Assembly: GCA_035549315.1 (NCBI GenBank)
Contig: DASZRC010000026.1
Span: forward strand, 988 to 64,987
DNA length: 64,000 nucleotides
Reading direction: 5' to 3'
DNA from: Patescibacteria group bacterium
Lineage (GTDB): Bacteria; Patescibacteriota; Microgenomatia; Levybacterales; GWA1-39-11
Shown in pieces: positions 30,298 to 40,530 of this stretch (position 1 is its first letter; each line of letters starts with the position of its first letter). A program made the position numbers and the translations under genes. The notes beneath the pieces are model-generated. The model was not told where the DNA came from. It made no database searches and saw only the letters and a list, made by a program, of their open reading frames with translations.

Positions 30298-32615
30298 AAA
30301 AAATTTTAATTAGATTTTGGCCAATCATACTTATTTTTGTAATTTGGCTAGTTTTTGCCTCCCCCTACTTGGTTAAAGGAAAAGTACCCTTCCCATCAGA
30401 CTATCTTGCAGCAAACTTTGGGCCCTGGAATTCATACGGAAATTATGTGGGAGGGGTTAAAAATGGTGCGACTCCGGATGTAATAAGTCAGATATATCCA
30501 TGGAAAAAAATGGTCATAGATATTTGGAAAACCGGGAGCCTTCCGTTATGGAACCCATACAATTTTTCCGGGACGCCGCTACTCGCAAATTATCAGTCTG
30601 CTGTATTATCACCTCTCAATCTGATCTATTTTGTACTGCCTTTTATTGATGCCTGGAGTATACAAATAATACTCGCTCCGCTTCTTGCCGGAATATTTAT
30701 GTACCTTTTTACAAGATCGCTTAAGATAAGTGAATTTGGTTCTCTTACTGCATCTCTTGCTTTTATGTTTTGTGGATTTATTACCTCTTGGTTAGTTTAT
30801 GGAACCTTACCTTATGCAATTTTATTTTTACCACTTTCCTTATTTGCAATAGAAAAATTTATCTTGGATAAAAAAAGAATTTACCTTTTGATTTTGGCTT
30901 TATCTATTCCGTTCTCATTTTTCAGTGGACATTTTCAAACAAGTATCTACTTTATTCTATTTATATTAATTTACTTAATTTATGAATCTATTGTAAATAA
31001 GAGATTAATTATTCCGCTCTATATCTCTGTCCTTTCAGGGCTTTTATTATCTGCTCCTCAGCTTTTTCCATCAATTGAGTTTTATTTTGAGTCTGTAAGA
31101 AGTTCAATATTTATAAAAACGGAAGTGATACCTTGGGGTTATCTTCCTACACTTATTGCTCCGGATTTTTTTGGAAATCCGGTAACTCGAAATGATTGGT
31201 TTGGCCACTACGCTGAGTGGAATATGTATATTGGTTTAATCCCATTGTTTCTTGCTTTTTATTCCTTCTCTAAAAAAAATAAAGATACAATATTTTTTGG
31301 AATAGCAGCACTAGTTATTTTATTACTATCCTTCCAAACGCCTTTATTAGATTTATTAATTGCATTAAAGATCCCTGTTTTATCAACAAGTGCGGCATCA
31401 AGAATAGTTGTTTTGTTTAGTTTCTGTTTATCTGTTTTAGCAGGGTTTGGTTTAGATAAGGTAGTAAAAGATGTTGAAGAGGAGAAGTTTAAAAAAATAG
31501 TTCCCCTCTTTGCCATCTTCTTTTTAATTTTTGCCGCTCTATGGACAATAGTAATAACAAAAAGTATATTGCCGCTAGATAAGGCATCTATTGCTTATTC
31601 TAATCTAAGATTGCCTTCTATAATTTTTGCATGTTTTGTTGTTGTCAGCCTTATTTTATTTATCATAAAAAATAAAAAAATGAGATTTATTATCTTGGGC
31701 TTTCTTATTTTGCTTGTTTCAGTAGATTTAATTAGGTTTTCTTTAAAGTGGCAACCTTTTGAGGATAGAAGCCTAATGTATCAGAATGTTCCAATAACCA
31801 ATTTTCTTAAAAACATTAAGCCAGAGGACAGGGTTTTTGGTTCAATAAATCAAGAGGGTGCAATGTACTATGATTTTTCAATTCCGGAAGGATATGATCC
31901 ACTTTATATCGGGCGTTATGGTGAATTGATTGGCGCAGCAAAAGATGGAGAATATCATAGTCCGGAAAGATCAGTTGTTAGCTTGTCAAAAAATGGCCAG
32001 TATACAGGACAAATAATTAATCTTCTTGGGATTAAGTATATTATTCATAAAATTTCAGATGGGCAGGCAGTATGGGCATTTCCATATTGGACTTATCCAG
32101 TAGATACTTTTAGAGAAGTTTATAAAGACGACAAATATCTGGTTTTAGAAAATGATAAAGCACAACCTAGAGCCTTTTTTGTTGATAAAGCCAAAGTTGT
32201 AAAAAATAATAGAGAAATTCTAAGACAATTATTTAGAAAAGAATTGGATTTAAGAAAAAACGCTGTCTTGGAAGAAAATCCGGGAATTAGTGAGGGAAAT
32301 TCATCTGGGAGTGCTATTGTCAAAGTCTACACGCCAAATAAAGTAGAAGTAGCAACAAATAATAACAAAGCGTCTGTTCTTGTTCTTTCAGACCCTTACT
32401 ACCCGGGGTGGAGAGCTACGATTAATGGGAAACCTGCCAAAATTTATAGAGCAGATTATGCTCTCAGGGCAGTTGTCGTGCCTAAAGGAAAGAATACAGT
32501 TACATTTAGTTATAATCCCAAAAGCTTCCTTTATGGCTTAGTTTTAGCAGGAATTGGCGTGATAATGCTTATTTTGCTCATGTTTTATTCGGCTATGCCT
32601 CCCCGAAAAAAATGA
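30294..32615 (+). CDS. YfhO-family membrane glycosyltransferase (GT-C)
   Basis: PLWNPYNFSGTPLLANYQS, PDFFGNP, GYDPL, YYPGW...ADYALRAV. Confidence 0.8.
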   Translation: MKKILIRFWPIILIFVIWLVFASPYLVKGKVPFPSDYLAANFGPWNSYGNYVGGVKNGATPDVISQIYPWKKMVIDIWKTGSLPLWNPYNFSGTPLLANYQSAVLSPLNLIYFVLPFIDAWSIQIILAPLLAGIFMYLFTRSLKISEFGSLTASLAFMFCGFITSWLVYGTLPYAILFLPLSLFAIEKFILDKKRIYLLILALSIPFSFFSGHFQTSIYFILFILIYLIYESIVNKRLIIPLYISVLSGLLLSAPQLFPSIEFYFESVRSSIFIKTEVIPWGYLPTLIAPDFFGNPVTRNDWFGHYAEWNMYIGLIPLFLAFYSFSKKNKDTIFFGIAALVILLLSFQTPLLDLLIALKIPVLSTSAASRIVVLFSFCLSVLAGFGLDKVVKDVEEEKFKKIVPLFAIFFLIFAALWTIVITKSILPLDKASIAYSNLRLPSIIFACFVVVSLILFIIKNKKMRFIILGFLILLVSVDLIRFSLKWQPFEDRSLMYQNVPITNFLKNIKPEDRVFGSINQEGAMYYDFSIPEGYDPLYIGRYGELIGAAKDGEYHSPERSVVSLSKNGQYTGQIINLLGIKYIIHKISDGQAVWAFPYWTYPVDTFREVYKDDKYLVLENDKAQPRAFFVDKAKVVKNNREILRQLFRKELDLRKNAVLEENPGISEGNSSGSAIVKVYTPNKVEVATNNNKASVLVLSDPYYPGWRATINGKPAKIYRADYALRAVVVPKGKNTVTFSYNPKSFLYGLVLAGIGVIMLILLMFYSAMPPRKK

Positions 32616-32671
32616 TTTTTATACTTTATGTCAAATACTATATACTAAATACCATATACCAAATATAAATT

Positions 32672-33418
32672 ATGATATCTTTGTTAATAATTACAAAAAA
32701 TGAGGAAGATGTAATAGAAGACGCAATAAAATCTGCAAAGGGGTTTGCGGATGAAATAATTGTTGTTGATGACTCAACTGATAAAACTCCCGAGATAGCC
32801 AGGAAGCTTGGGGCTCGTGTAATAGAAAATAAGTTCAAAGACTTTTCAGATCAAAGAAATTTGGCAGCTTCTGCAGCAAAGCATGCATGGTTATTCTATC
32901 TAGATGCCGATGAGCGTTTAACACCGGAAATAATTAAAGAAATTAAAGATCTTTTGGATCTATATGACCTTACATTTGAAGAAATGGGGTTTTGGGTTAA
33001 GCGTAAGACATTTTATTTTGGACGAGATTGGCATTTTGAGGACAAGGTCCAAAGATTTTTTAGAAAAGACAAGTTTAAAGGCTGGCAAGGCGTAGTCCAT
33101 GAAACTCCTGAGGTTGAAGGGAAATTGGGTTTGATAAAAAACCCTATTTTGCACTACACCCATAGAAATCTGTCACAAATGATTGCCAAAACCAATGAAT
33201 GGTCTGAATATGAAGCCGAGCTTAGGTTAAAAGCGCACCATCCCAAGATGACATGGTGGCGTTTCCCAAGAGTCATGATCCCGGCTTTCTTTGGTTCGTA
33301 TTTTGGTGGCGGAGGGTATAAAAACGGTACCCCCGGATTAGTAGAGGCAATCTATCAAGCATTTTCAATGTTTATTACTTACGGAAAGCTTTGGGAAAAA
33401 CAAAAGGCTAGTAAATAG
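32672..33418 (+). CDS. GT2 glycosyltransferase (WaaE-like)
   Basis: TKNEE, FSDQRN, LDADE, VHE, ILHYT, GYKNG. Confidence 0.85.
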   Translation: MISLLIITKNEEDVIEDAIKSAKGFADEIIVVDDSTDKTPEIARKLGARVIENKFKDFSDQRNLAASAAKHAWLFYLDADERLTPEIIKEIKDLLDLYDLTFEEMGFWVKRKTFYFGRDWHFEDKVQRFFRKDKFKGWQGVVHETPEVEGKLGLIKNPILHYTHRNLSQMIAKTNEWSEYEAELRLKAHHPKMTWWRFPRVMIPAFFGSYFGGGGYKNGTPGLVEAIYQAFSMFITYGKLWEKQKASK

Positions 33419-33421
33419 TAA

Positions 33422-33661
33422 CTATTTACTATTTTTGGGGAGCCAAGATTTTATTTCCTCGATTGTGAGTGGTTTTTTGCAGAATTTAAATAAATAGATT
33501 AGCTCAATAATTCCGGCTGTATTTATAGGTAGAATAAAAAATATAAACCAATTTCTCTGCTTGTTGTTAGCAGCCCTCCAGGTTGCAATTCCACGCCAGA
33601 TTATGCTCCATACCAAAAGCACAAACAAAACCGGAAGCGGAATAGGTGAATTTGTATTCAT
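33422..33661 (-). CDS. DUF5652-like small membrane protein
   Basis: VWSIIWRGIATWRAANNKQRNWFI...NTAGIIELIYL. Confidence 0.7.
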   Translation of the reverse strand: MNTNSPIPLPVLFVLLVWSIIWRGIATWRAANNKQRNWFIFFILPINTAGIIELIYLFKFCKKPLTIEEIKSWLPKNSK

Positions 33662-33705
33662 GTGACTAATTTACCACAGATTGATCCCGTAATCAACGAT
33701 TTATA

Positions 33706-33881
33706 TTTCTTTTGTACAGACAAAAGAAACAAAAACTGCCATCGCGGTTTTGTTCATGCTTTCTATTTTAAGTCGCTTATCGGGGGCATTTCTTCCCCCT
33801 CCGCGATCCAAGCTTTGCTTGGCCGCTAGACCTCCCCCTGATACGCTCGTTAAAATCTCAAGAAATCACAAAAGTGCGATG
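33706..33881. repeat. Structured intergenic element, copy 2 (candidate ncRNA or MITE)
   Basis: TTTCTTTTG/CAAAAGAAA hairpin followed by a long nested stem; core nearly identical to 17291-17337. Confidence 0.8.
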
Positions 33882-33933
33882 TGTTTACTAAATGAATGTA
33901 TGTGGGAAGATAATATTTTGATACAATTATGCT

Positions 33934-35010
33934 ATGCGTATCGGAGTTTATGACCCTTATCTTGATGATATGGGAGGGGGGGAGAAATATATGGTGACAT
34001 TGGCCACGAGCCTTCTTCCCGGAAATGAAGTGGATATATTTTGGGATAACAGGGATGACCTTGATAGAGTGGCTCAAAGATTCTCCTTAGATGTGGCCAA
34101 TTTAAGAGTTGTACCAAATATTTTTTCCCAAAAGGTTGGTACTATAAAAAGACTAATAGAAACTAAAAAATATGATGCCATAATCATTCTGTCCGATGGT
34201 AGTATTCCATTAGTTTCTTCTAAGAAATTATTTTTACATGTCCAGCAACCAATTCCTAATGCAAAGAAAAATATCAAATCAAGGCTAAAACTTAAAAGGG
34301 TAAATAAAGTTTTTTGTAACTCATACTTTACAAAAAGTTTTGTAGATAAGGATTTGGGAGTAGATAGTATTGTTGTTTATCCTCCGGTTTCTCTTCATCC
34401 TAAAAATGTAAGTAAAGAAAATATAATTCTTCACGTTGGAAGATTTAGGGTTAGAAATGTTGGTGTATCAGATTACAAAAAACAAGACGTAATGGTTGAG
34501 GTGTTCAAGAAGATGGTTAAGAAAGGTCTTAAAAAATGGAAATTTGTCATAGCAGCAAGTGTTGCAAGTTCTAGTGAGGATGAGGTTAAGCTTTTTGAGG
34601 AGTTTGTTAACAAGACAAAGGATTTTCCCATTGAGTTTGAAGTTAATAAATCAAATGCCGAACTGTGGGATTTATATTCTAAAGCCAAGATTTATTGGCA
34701 TGCTTCAGGTTTTGGCGAAGATTTGGAAAAACACCCTGAATTTGCAGAACATTTTGGTATATCAACAGTAGAGGCAATGGGCGCAGGAGATGTGCCTGTT
34801 GTTATTAATGCGGGTGGACAGAAAGAAATAGTAGAAGATGAAGTAACAGGATTTCTATGGAATAACTTAGATGAATTAGCAGATAAGACTATGTTGCTAA
34901 CGCGTGAAGATAAGATCCTTGCTACAATGTCAGCGGCAGCAAAGAAAAAAGCAAAAGATTTTGCAGGAGACAGATTTGCCGATGATGTAAGAAGAATGGT
35001 ATATGCTTAG
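33934..35010 (+). CDS. GT4 glycosyltransferase
   Basis: GGGEK, NS.FT, VVYPPV, VGRF, EHFGISTVEAMGAG. Confidence 0.9.
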   Translation: MRIGVYDPYLDDMGGGEKYMVTLATSLLPGNEVDIFWDNRDDLDRVAQRFSLDVANLRVVPNIFSQKVGTIKRLIETKKYDAIIILSDGSIPLVSSKKLFLHVQQPIPNAKKNIKSRLKLKRVNKVFCNSYFTKSFVDKDLGVDSIVVYPPVSLHPKNVSKENIILHVGRFRVRNVGVSDYKKQDVMVEVFKKMVKKGLKKWKFVIAASVASSSEDEVKLFEEFVNKTKDFPIEFEVNKSNAELWDLYSKAKIYWHASGFGEDLEKHPEFAEHFGISTVEAMGAGDVPVVINAGGQKEIVEDEVTGFLWNNLDELADKTMLLTREDKILATMSAAAKKKAKDFAGDRFADDVRRMVYA

Positions 35011-37258
35011 TTTTTTAAAGAAGAATTGTTTGATTTTATTTTTAGTTTTAATATCTGTTGTTTTTTTCTATAAAACAATTGCGGTAGGTCTGCTTCCTTT
35101 ACCCTCTGATACCATTGTTGGCCTTTATTATCCATTTCGTGATAATTATGCCAAGACCAATCCTAGAGGTGTCCCATTTAAAAACTTTTTAATAACAGAT
35201 CCGGTTAGGCAAACTTATCCATGGAAAAATTTATCAATCGAAATTGAAAAAAAAATACAATTGCCATTATGGAATCCATATAATTTTTCCGGGACTCCGC
35301 TGCTTGCTAATTTTCAGTCCGGTGTATTTTATCCATTAAATATTCTTTACTTTATTCTCCCTTTTGAATTCGGTTGGTCAATAATGATAATTCTTTCACC
35401 AATTTTGGCAGGGGTATTTATGTATCTTTTTCTTAGAAATTTAGATATTAGGAAAGAGGCAAGTTTACTGGGTGCTATTGCCCTCTCTTTTAGTGGCTTT
35501 TTTATTGCATGGATGGAATGGGGAAATATTATTCATACTGCTCTCTGGTTACCGCTAATTCTTTTATCAATAGATAAAATTTATACGGAAAAAGAACAAA
35601 AGGGGTGGGGGTTATTGCTTCTTTTTTCTCTTATCGCCTCGTTCTTTGCAGGGCATCTGCAAACGTTCTTCTATATTTTGGTTTTGGCATTTTTATACTC
35701 AGTTTTTAGATGGTTTAGTTACGGTAGGAAACTTTTGGTTCCAATCCGCCTTATTTTAATATTTATAATTTTTACAGTTTTGGCTGCGATTCAATGGGTA
35801 CCAACGCTTCAATTCATTTTACTTTCTGCAAGGAACGCGGATCTAATTGGAATAAATAATCCGGGGTGGTTTGTTCCACTCCAAAATATAGTACAGTTTT
35901 TAGTGCCTGATTTTTTTGGCAACCCCACAACCTTAAACTATTGGGGAATATGGAATTATGCAGAGTTTGTAGGTTACATAGGAGTAATTCCATTAATGAT
36001 GGCATTTATCGCCATTTTATTTAGAAGAGATAAAAACACCATATTCTTTTCATTGGTACTCTTGTTTTCATTAATTCTGGCATTTGCAACACCATTTGCA
36101 AAATTGCCCTTTATTCTTCATATCCCATTTGTTAATACATCTCAGCCTACAAGGCTATTATTTATAGTTTGCTTCAGCTTAAGTGTCTTATGTGGTTTGG
36201 GGGCAGACTATTTTATGAAGGAAAAAAAGAAAAACATTCTAGTAATAGCGATATTTGCAGTGTTTTTTGTATCCATATGGGTATTTATTGTAGGTAAAGG
36301 ATTTAATTTGGTGGAAGCTTCTAATCTTATTGTTGCAAAAAAGAATTTAATTTTACCAACCCTTATATTTTTATTGGCAAGTGTTTTATTTATTTTTAAT
36401 TATTTTATTTCCAAAAAGAAGTACGGTAATTTTTCAAACCTTGTCATATATTTATTGATATTAATTTCGGTCTTTGATTTGTTTAGATTTGGGTGGAAGT
36501 TTGAATCATTTACAAAAAGTGAGTATTTGTTTCCAAGCACAAAAGTTTTGTCATTTATTCAAAAAGACCCGGATATATTTAGAGTAATGTCGGACAACTC
36601 TGAAATTTTTCCACCAAATTTTTCTATTATGTATAAGATCCAAACCCCCGATGGTTATGATCCCTTATATATAAAAAGATATGGTGAGCTTGTGGCGGCA
36701 TATGGCAGAAAAAAACCGGATATAAGTGCACCATTTGGGTTTAATAGAATAATAACTTTACAAGACTATAAAACTAATTTAGTAGATCTTCTAGGTGTTA
36801 AATATGTGCTCTCAAAAAATCAGTTATTAGACCCAAAGCTTACAAATGTTTATACAGATGGAACAATCAATGTGTATAAAAACTCAAATGCACTTCCCAG
36901 AGCATTCTTTGTATCAACCATTGTTTCGGCTAGTAACGACCAAAACGAAATTGAAAAATTAATTGATACTAAGGATTTATTATCCAATACTGCATTTGTT
37001 GAAACAAATGATAATCTTGCTAACAAGAAGATTAACAAAGGAAACGCTAAAATTGTAACCTACTCACCAAACAGGGTTATTATAAATACGGATAATAGCG
37101 GTGATGGATTCTTGGTTTTAACAGATGCTTATTACCCTACATGGAAAGTAAAAATAGACGGAGTGGATAAAAAAATATATATTACAGATTATGCTTTTCG
37201 TGGAGTATTTATTCCAAAAGGCAAGCATACGGTAGAATTTTATAATAACTTATTATAA
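35003..37258 (+). CDS. YfhO-family membrane glycosyltransferase (GT-C)
   Basis: PLWNPYNFSGTPLLANFQSGVFYPLN, PDFFGNP, GYDPL, YYPTW...DYAFRGV. Confidence 0.8.
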   Translation: MLSFLKKNCLILFLVLISVVFFYKTIAVGLLPLPSDTIVGLYYPFRDNYAKTNPRGVPFKNFLITDPVRQTYPWKNLSIEIEKKIQLPLWNPYNFSGTPLLANFQSGVFYPLNILYFILPFEFGWSIMIILSPILAGVFMYLFLRNLDIRKEASLLGAIALSFSGFFIAWMEWGNIIHTALWLPLILLSIDKIYTEKEQKGWGLLLLFSLIASFFAGHLQTFFYILVLAFLYSVFRWFSYGRKLLVPIRLILIFIIFTVLAAIQWVPTLQFILLSARNADLIGINNPGWFVPLQNIVQFLVPDFFGNPTTLNYWGIWNYAEFVGYIGVIPLMMAFIAILFRRDKNTIFFSLVLLFSLILAFATPFAKLPFILHIPFVNTSQPTRLLFIVCFSLSVLCGLGADYFMKEKKKNILVIAIFAVFFVSIWVFIVGKGFNLVEASNLIVAKKNLILPTLIFLLASVLFIFNYFISKKKYGNFSNLVIYLLILISVFDLFRFGWKFESFTKSEYLFPSTKVLSFIQKDPDIFRVMSDNSEIFPPNFSIMYKIQTPDGYDPLYIKRYGELVAAYGRKKPDISAPFGFNRIITLQDYKTNLVDLLGVKYVLSKNQLLDPKLTNVYTDGTINVYKNSNALPRAFFVSTIVSASNDQNEIEKLIDTKDLLSNTAFVETNDNLANKKINKGNAKIVTYSPNRVIINTDNSGDGFLVLTDAYYPTWKVKIDGVDKKIYITDYAFRGVFIPKGKHTVEFYNNLL

Positions 37259-38184
37259 TGATGAAAATAGATATAGTTATTCCAAACTTTAACGGCGCAA
37301 ATCTTATAGAAAAAAATGTGCCGGTAATTTTTGACGTGGTTGAAAAATACAAAATAGGAAAAATAATAATTGTTGATGATTATTCAGATATAAATGACTA
37401 CAAGAGGTTAGAGGCTTTTGTAGAAAAGTATAAAAATAAAATAGTTTTATATAGGAATCAGAAAAACATGGGATTTTCTTCCAGTTCAAACAAGGGAGTT
37501 TCTCTCTCTGATGCAGATTTGGTAGTGCTTCTTAATTCTGATGTCATACCCTCTAAGAACTTTTTGGATCAAGCAATTGATGATATTGAAAAAAATGAAA
37601 TGATGTTTGGGGTAGGGTTTATGGATGAAAGCGTAGAGGGTAGTAATAAGGTTAGGCGTGGTAGGGGATTAGCCAGTTGGAGTAGGGGATTTTTAATACA
37701 CAGGAGAGGAGAAGTTAATCGGAAAGACACATTCTGGATATCCGGTGGGAGCTCAATAATTAGAAGAGACATGTTTATTAAACTCGGAGGTTTTGATTCT
37801 TTGTATAACCCTTTTTATTGGGAAGATATAGATCTTTCCTATAGAGCCAGAAAAGCCGGCTTTGTAATTGAGTTCAATCCGGACTGTGTTGTGGAGCATA
37901 GACATGAAGAAGGGGCAATTAAAAAACATTATTCATCTTTTCGGGTAAAGACAATTTCATTTAGAAACCAATTTATTTTCGTATGGAAAAATATAAATAA
38001 TTTTGGTTTAATTATGGCTCACATTATTTGGTTACCCTATCATTTTGTTAAGGCTTTACTAAGACTTGATTTGGCATTTTTTTGGGGATTTGGTCTTGCT
38101 GTTCTTAAACTTCCTATAATAATGGAGAGAAGGAGCAGGCAGTCAAAGTTGTATAAATTGGGTGATAGGGATTTATTAAGATGA
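37258..38184 (+). CDS. GT2 glycosyltransferase (WbbL-like)
   Basis: IPNFNG, VDDYS, NMGF..N, LLNSD, GGFD...YWEDIDLSYRA. Confidence 0.85.
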   Translation: MMKIDIVIPNFNGANLIEKNVPVIFDVVEKYKIGKIIIVDDYSDINDYKRLEAFVEKYKNKIVLYRNQKNMGFSSSSNKGVSLSDADLVVLLNSDVIPSKNFLDQAIDDIEKNEMMFGVGFMDESVEGSNKVRRGRGLASWSRGFLIHRRGEVNRKDTFWISGGSSIIRRDMFIKLGGFDSLYNPFYWEDIDLSYRARKAGFVIEFNPDCVVEHRHEEGAIKKHYSSFRVKTISFRNQFIFVWKNINNFGLIMAHIIWLPYHFVKALLRLDLAFFWGFGLAVLKLPIIMERRSRQSKLYKLGDRDLLR

Positions 38185-38894
38185 AATTATCCATCATTGT
38201 TCCCGTATTCAACGAAGAAAAAACTATAGGAAAAGTACTTCAGGCACTCCAGGAGATTAAGATCAAAAATGTAAAACCGGAGATAATAGTTATTGATGAT
38301 GGATCAAAAGATAAAACTTGGGAAAAAATAACAAAATCAAAACATCCCAAAATTATTGTTAAGTCTTTAAGACATGACAAGAATATGGGAAAGGGAGCTG
38401 CTGTTAGGACGGGAATAGAAAGAGCTACGGGCGACTACATTATTATTCAAGATGCAGACTTGGAATATGATCCAAAGTTTATTCAGGTTTTGGTGAGCCA
38501 AATATCCGGTAGCAGAGACGTAATTTATGGTACAAGGCTCAATAGAATGCCTAATTTTAAGAATGAAGAAAGAAGAATAAGGTTTATGGCCCATTATGTT
38601 GGCAATAGGCTTTTGAGCTTAATAACAAGCATTTTATACGGCCAATGGATAACGGATATGGAAACTTGCTATAAGCTAATGCCAGCTAAGGAAGTTAAAA
38701 AAATCAAGCTTAAGTCTCGTAGATTTGATTTTGAACCTGAAATTACCTCCAAGCTTTTAAAAAAGGGACTAGTCATAAAAGAAGTTCCAATAATAACTAA
38801 ACCCAGAGGGTATGAAGAAGGGAAAAAGTTAAATACTGTGTCTGATGGGACAGTTGCATTGTGGACATTATTTAAATACAGATTTACCGATTAA
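38181..38894 (+). CDS. GT2 polyprenol-phosphate glycosyltransferase (DPM1-like)
   Basis: PVFNEE, IDDGSKD, GKGAAVR, IQDADLEYDP, TDMETCYK, FEPEIT, EGKK. Confidence 0.88.
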   Translation: MKLSIIVPVFNEEKTIGKVLQALQEIKIKNVKPEIIVIDDGSKDKTWEKITKSKHPKIIVKSLRHDKNMGKGAAVRTGIERATGDYIIIQDADLEYDPKFIQVLVSQISGSRDVIYGTRLNRMPNFKNEERRIRFMAHYVGNRLLSLITSILYGQWITDMETCYKLMPAKEVKKIKLKSRRFDFEPEITSKLLKKGLVIKEVPIITKPRGYEEGKKLNTVSDGTVALWTLFKYRFTD

Positions 38895-38895
38895 G

Positions 38896-40530
38896 ATGTT
38901 TAAAGATAATGCAACCTTAACCAAGATATTTTTATTTTTTGTTATTGGTCTTCTTTTTCTATACCCATTGTTTACAAACAAATTTTATTTATCACACGAC
39001 GGTCAAGCTCAGGTCGCAAGATTTGGAGCTTATCTAAAAGCCTTTAATGACGGAGATATACCACTTAGATGGGCAGGTGACCTTAATTACAGGTATGGAT
39101 CGCCGGTTCTTATATTCTATTACCCATTACCCGGAATATTGTCTATTCCGCTTTATGAATTAGGAGCAACCTTTGAGTCTGCTTTTAAAATCATTGTTGG
39201 ATTTTCCTTTATTCTGTCGTTTATTTCTTTCTACTTGTGGATGGTTGAGCTTACAAAAAATAAAGATTCATCATTTCTAGCAAGTATTGTATATGGGTTA
39301 CTTCCCTATCACTTCTTAAACCTATATGTACGTGGTGATATTGCAGAGAGTCTAGCCTTGGCAATTGCCCCTTTAGTATTCTATTCAATAGAAAAACTCA
39401 ACAATACTAAAGAAATCAAATACGCGATTTATTTAAGCGTTTTATACTCTTTGTTAATTCTTTCTCACAACTCGGTAAGCCTATTGATGTCACCCATAAT
39501 ACTTATTTATTCTTTAATTAGAGCCGGGAGTAAAAAAATTTCTATTATTAGTATAGCCTCAATAATAATTGGTTTATTTCTTTCTTCTTTTTTTTGGTTG
39601 CCGGCTCTTCTAGAGGCAAAATATACAAATTCCCATCTATTTGTTGCCGATATGTATAAAAATAATTTCCCAAGTTTTGTTTCCTTAATTTATTCAAAAT
39701 GGGGATTTGGTGCAAGTGTTAATGACCAAGGAGGCTTATCGCCCCAAATTGGAATTGTCCCTTGGATATTTGTTCTAATGACCGGATTATTAATAGCTTT
39801 TAAAAAAATAAAACTAATGAATATTTTAATTTTTTGGATGATTATATTTATAGTCTGTGTATTTCTAACAATTAAACCTTCTATTTTTTTCTGGCAGCAT
39901 TTACCCTTATTATCTCTATTGCAGTTCCCATGGAGATTTGTAGGCATTGCTTCATTTGCTGCTGCTGCAATTGTGGGAATTTTTTCTCCTTATCTTAATA
40001 AAGACAAAATATATTTGCTTTCTGCTCTTATAATTATCTATTCATTTACATTTATTAAAATCCAGGGTATTAATCCTAAATCAAATCAATTTTACTTAAA
40101 CTATCCCGGAACTACTTATTACCATGGGCAAGCAAGCTCTATTTGGACAGCCGGAGACTTTGGTAGTTTTCCCAAAAAAAGTATAGATATTATTGGTGGG
40201 AAGGGGAAAATAGCCGACCTAACTAGAAAAAACAGCACTCATACATTTAGCGTAGATGCAGATACGGAGCTCAAGATATTAGACAATACGGTTTATTTTC
40301 CAGGTTGGCAGGTGTTGATTGATGGAGTAAAAAACCCTATAGAGTTTCAGGATATGTACCATAGGGGGCTAATTACATTTAATGTTCCAAAGGGTAAGCA
40401 TTCTGTAATTGTAAATTTCAAGGAATCACCGATGAGATTGCTTTCAGATATTATATCTTTATTTGGAATACTGGTTATAATTATGTTATTGATGTTTAAT
40501 GAAAAGATAGATAGGTTCTTGTCTAAATGA
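38896..40530 (+). CDS. PTPS-related membrane protein (GT-C-like)
   Basis: SHDG...AR, PLRW, YGSP, PYH..LYVRG..AE, SHN, QFPWR, YFPGW; track start 38845. Confidence 0.75.
   Translation: MFKDNATLTKIFLFFVIGLLFLYPLFTNKFYLSHDGQAQVARFGAYLKAFNDGDIPLRWAGDLNYRYGSPVLIFYYPLPGILSIPLYELGATFESAFKIIVGFSFILSFISFYLWMVELTKNKDSSFLASIVYGLLPYHFLNLYVRGDIAESLALAIAPLVFYSIEKLNNTKEIKYAIYLSVLYSLLILSHNSVSLLMSPIILIYSLIRAGSKKISIISIASIIIGLFLSSFFWLPALLEAKYTNSHLFVADMYKNNFPSFVSLIYSKWGFGASVNDQGGLSPQIGIVPWIFVLMTGLLIAFKKIKLMNILIFWMIIFIVCVFLTIKPSIFFWQHLPLLSLLQFPWRFVGIASFAAAAIVGIFSPYLNKDKIYLLSALIIIYSFTFIKIQGINPKSNQFYLNYPGTTYYHGQASSIWTAGDFGSFPKKSIDIIGGKGKIADLTRKNSTHTFSVDADTELKILDNTVYFPGWQVLIDGVKNPIEFQDMYHRGLITFNVPKGKHSVIVNFKESPMRLLSDIISLFGILVIIMLLMFNEKIDRFLSK

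Noticed and set aside
33976-33982. G7 run near the start of the GT4 as a phase-variation tract
   Set aside because: It is short, in frame and encodes the conserved GGGE motif.
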